From a virus (lineage: Duplodnaviria > Caudoviricetes), in the IMG/VR virus record IMGVR_UViG_3300017560_000026, positions 1-33,006 of that record: a stretch of 33,006 nucleotides of DNA; one strand, written 5' to 3'. The notes beneath the pieces are model-generated. The model ran no database searches and was not told the DNA's origin. It saw nothing but the letters and a program-made list of their open reading frames with translations. A program made the position numbers and the translations under genes. Below, in pieces: positions 32,806 through 33,006 of the stretch (position 1 is the stretch's first letter; each line of letters starts with the position of its first letter).

Positions 32806-33006
32806 TCACCCCCCGAAAGGGTTGTCATCGTCATCGTCGTCGGACTCCTCGGCCTCAGCCGCAGCGCGAGCAGCCTGCTTGGCCTTCACGCGAGCCTTCG
32901 CCTCGGCATCCTCCTTGGAGATCGCCTTGGCAGCGGGCTTGGCCGGAGCCTTCTTGGCGGCGGTCTTCTTCGGAGCCGGTTCGGGCTCCTCCTCGACCTC
33001 CGTCAG
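32806..33006 (-). CDS. Partial CDS (C-terminus), probable ssDNA-binding protein tail
   Basis: A/K/P-rich linker ending EESDDDDDDNPFGG*, like SSB acidic PF tails; upstream of replication genes. Confidence 0.55.
   Translation of the reverse strand: MTEVEEEPEPAPKKTAAKKAPAKPAAKAISKEDAEAKARVKAKQAARAAAEAEESDDDDDDNPFGG

Noticed and set aside
32808-32823. Small UUCG-like hairpin near the right end
   Set aside because: It lies within the last codons (NPFGG) of the partial CDS and the stem is weak.
1-33006. Prophage, integrase, tape measure or tail-chaperone frameshift
   Set aside because: No host genes, att site, recombinase or long-tail module seen in this window.

Overview
This window is about 33 kb of a high-GC (roughly 63-65% by eye) lytic-looking actinobacteriophage genome of podovirus type; no tape-measure or major-tail gene and no integrase are seen here. 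Left end: two small leftward genes plus the start of a third, then a non-coding divergence region (787-1190). Rightward arm (1192-27939): small accessory genes including an Acb2/Tad1-like sponge, a tandem-HTH protein, a likely TerS, FN3 tail protein, M15 endolysin and holin, TerL, portal, scaffold, major capsid, a GDPD-like tail protein, adaptor and nozzle, probable ejection proteins (up to 1647 aa) and a second M15 peptidase. Convergent leftward arm: RuvC-like resolvase, small Zn-finger protein, family A DNA polymerase, AEP primase-helicase and the acidic tail of a probable SSB. The main unexplained signal is the AT-rich octamer CTGTAAAG, found 31 times by manual reading, on both strands, about 1 per kb, and written into genes with rare codons in several frames. 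Other signals: a second enriched octamer (CCTGTCGG), promoters whose -10 box sits in the loop of a long inverted repeat, a candidate structured ncRNA of about 240 nt, and a candidate anti-defence operon. All counts and homology calls are by eye; no searches were run.
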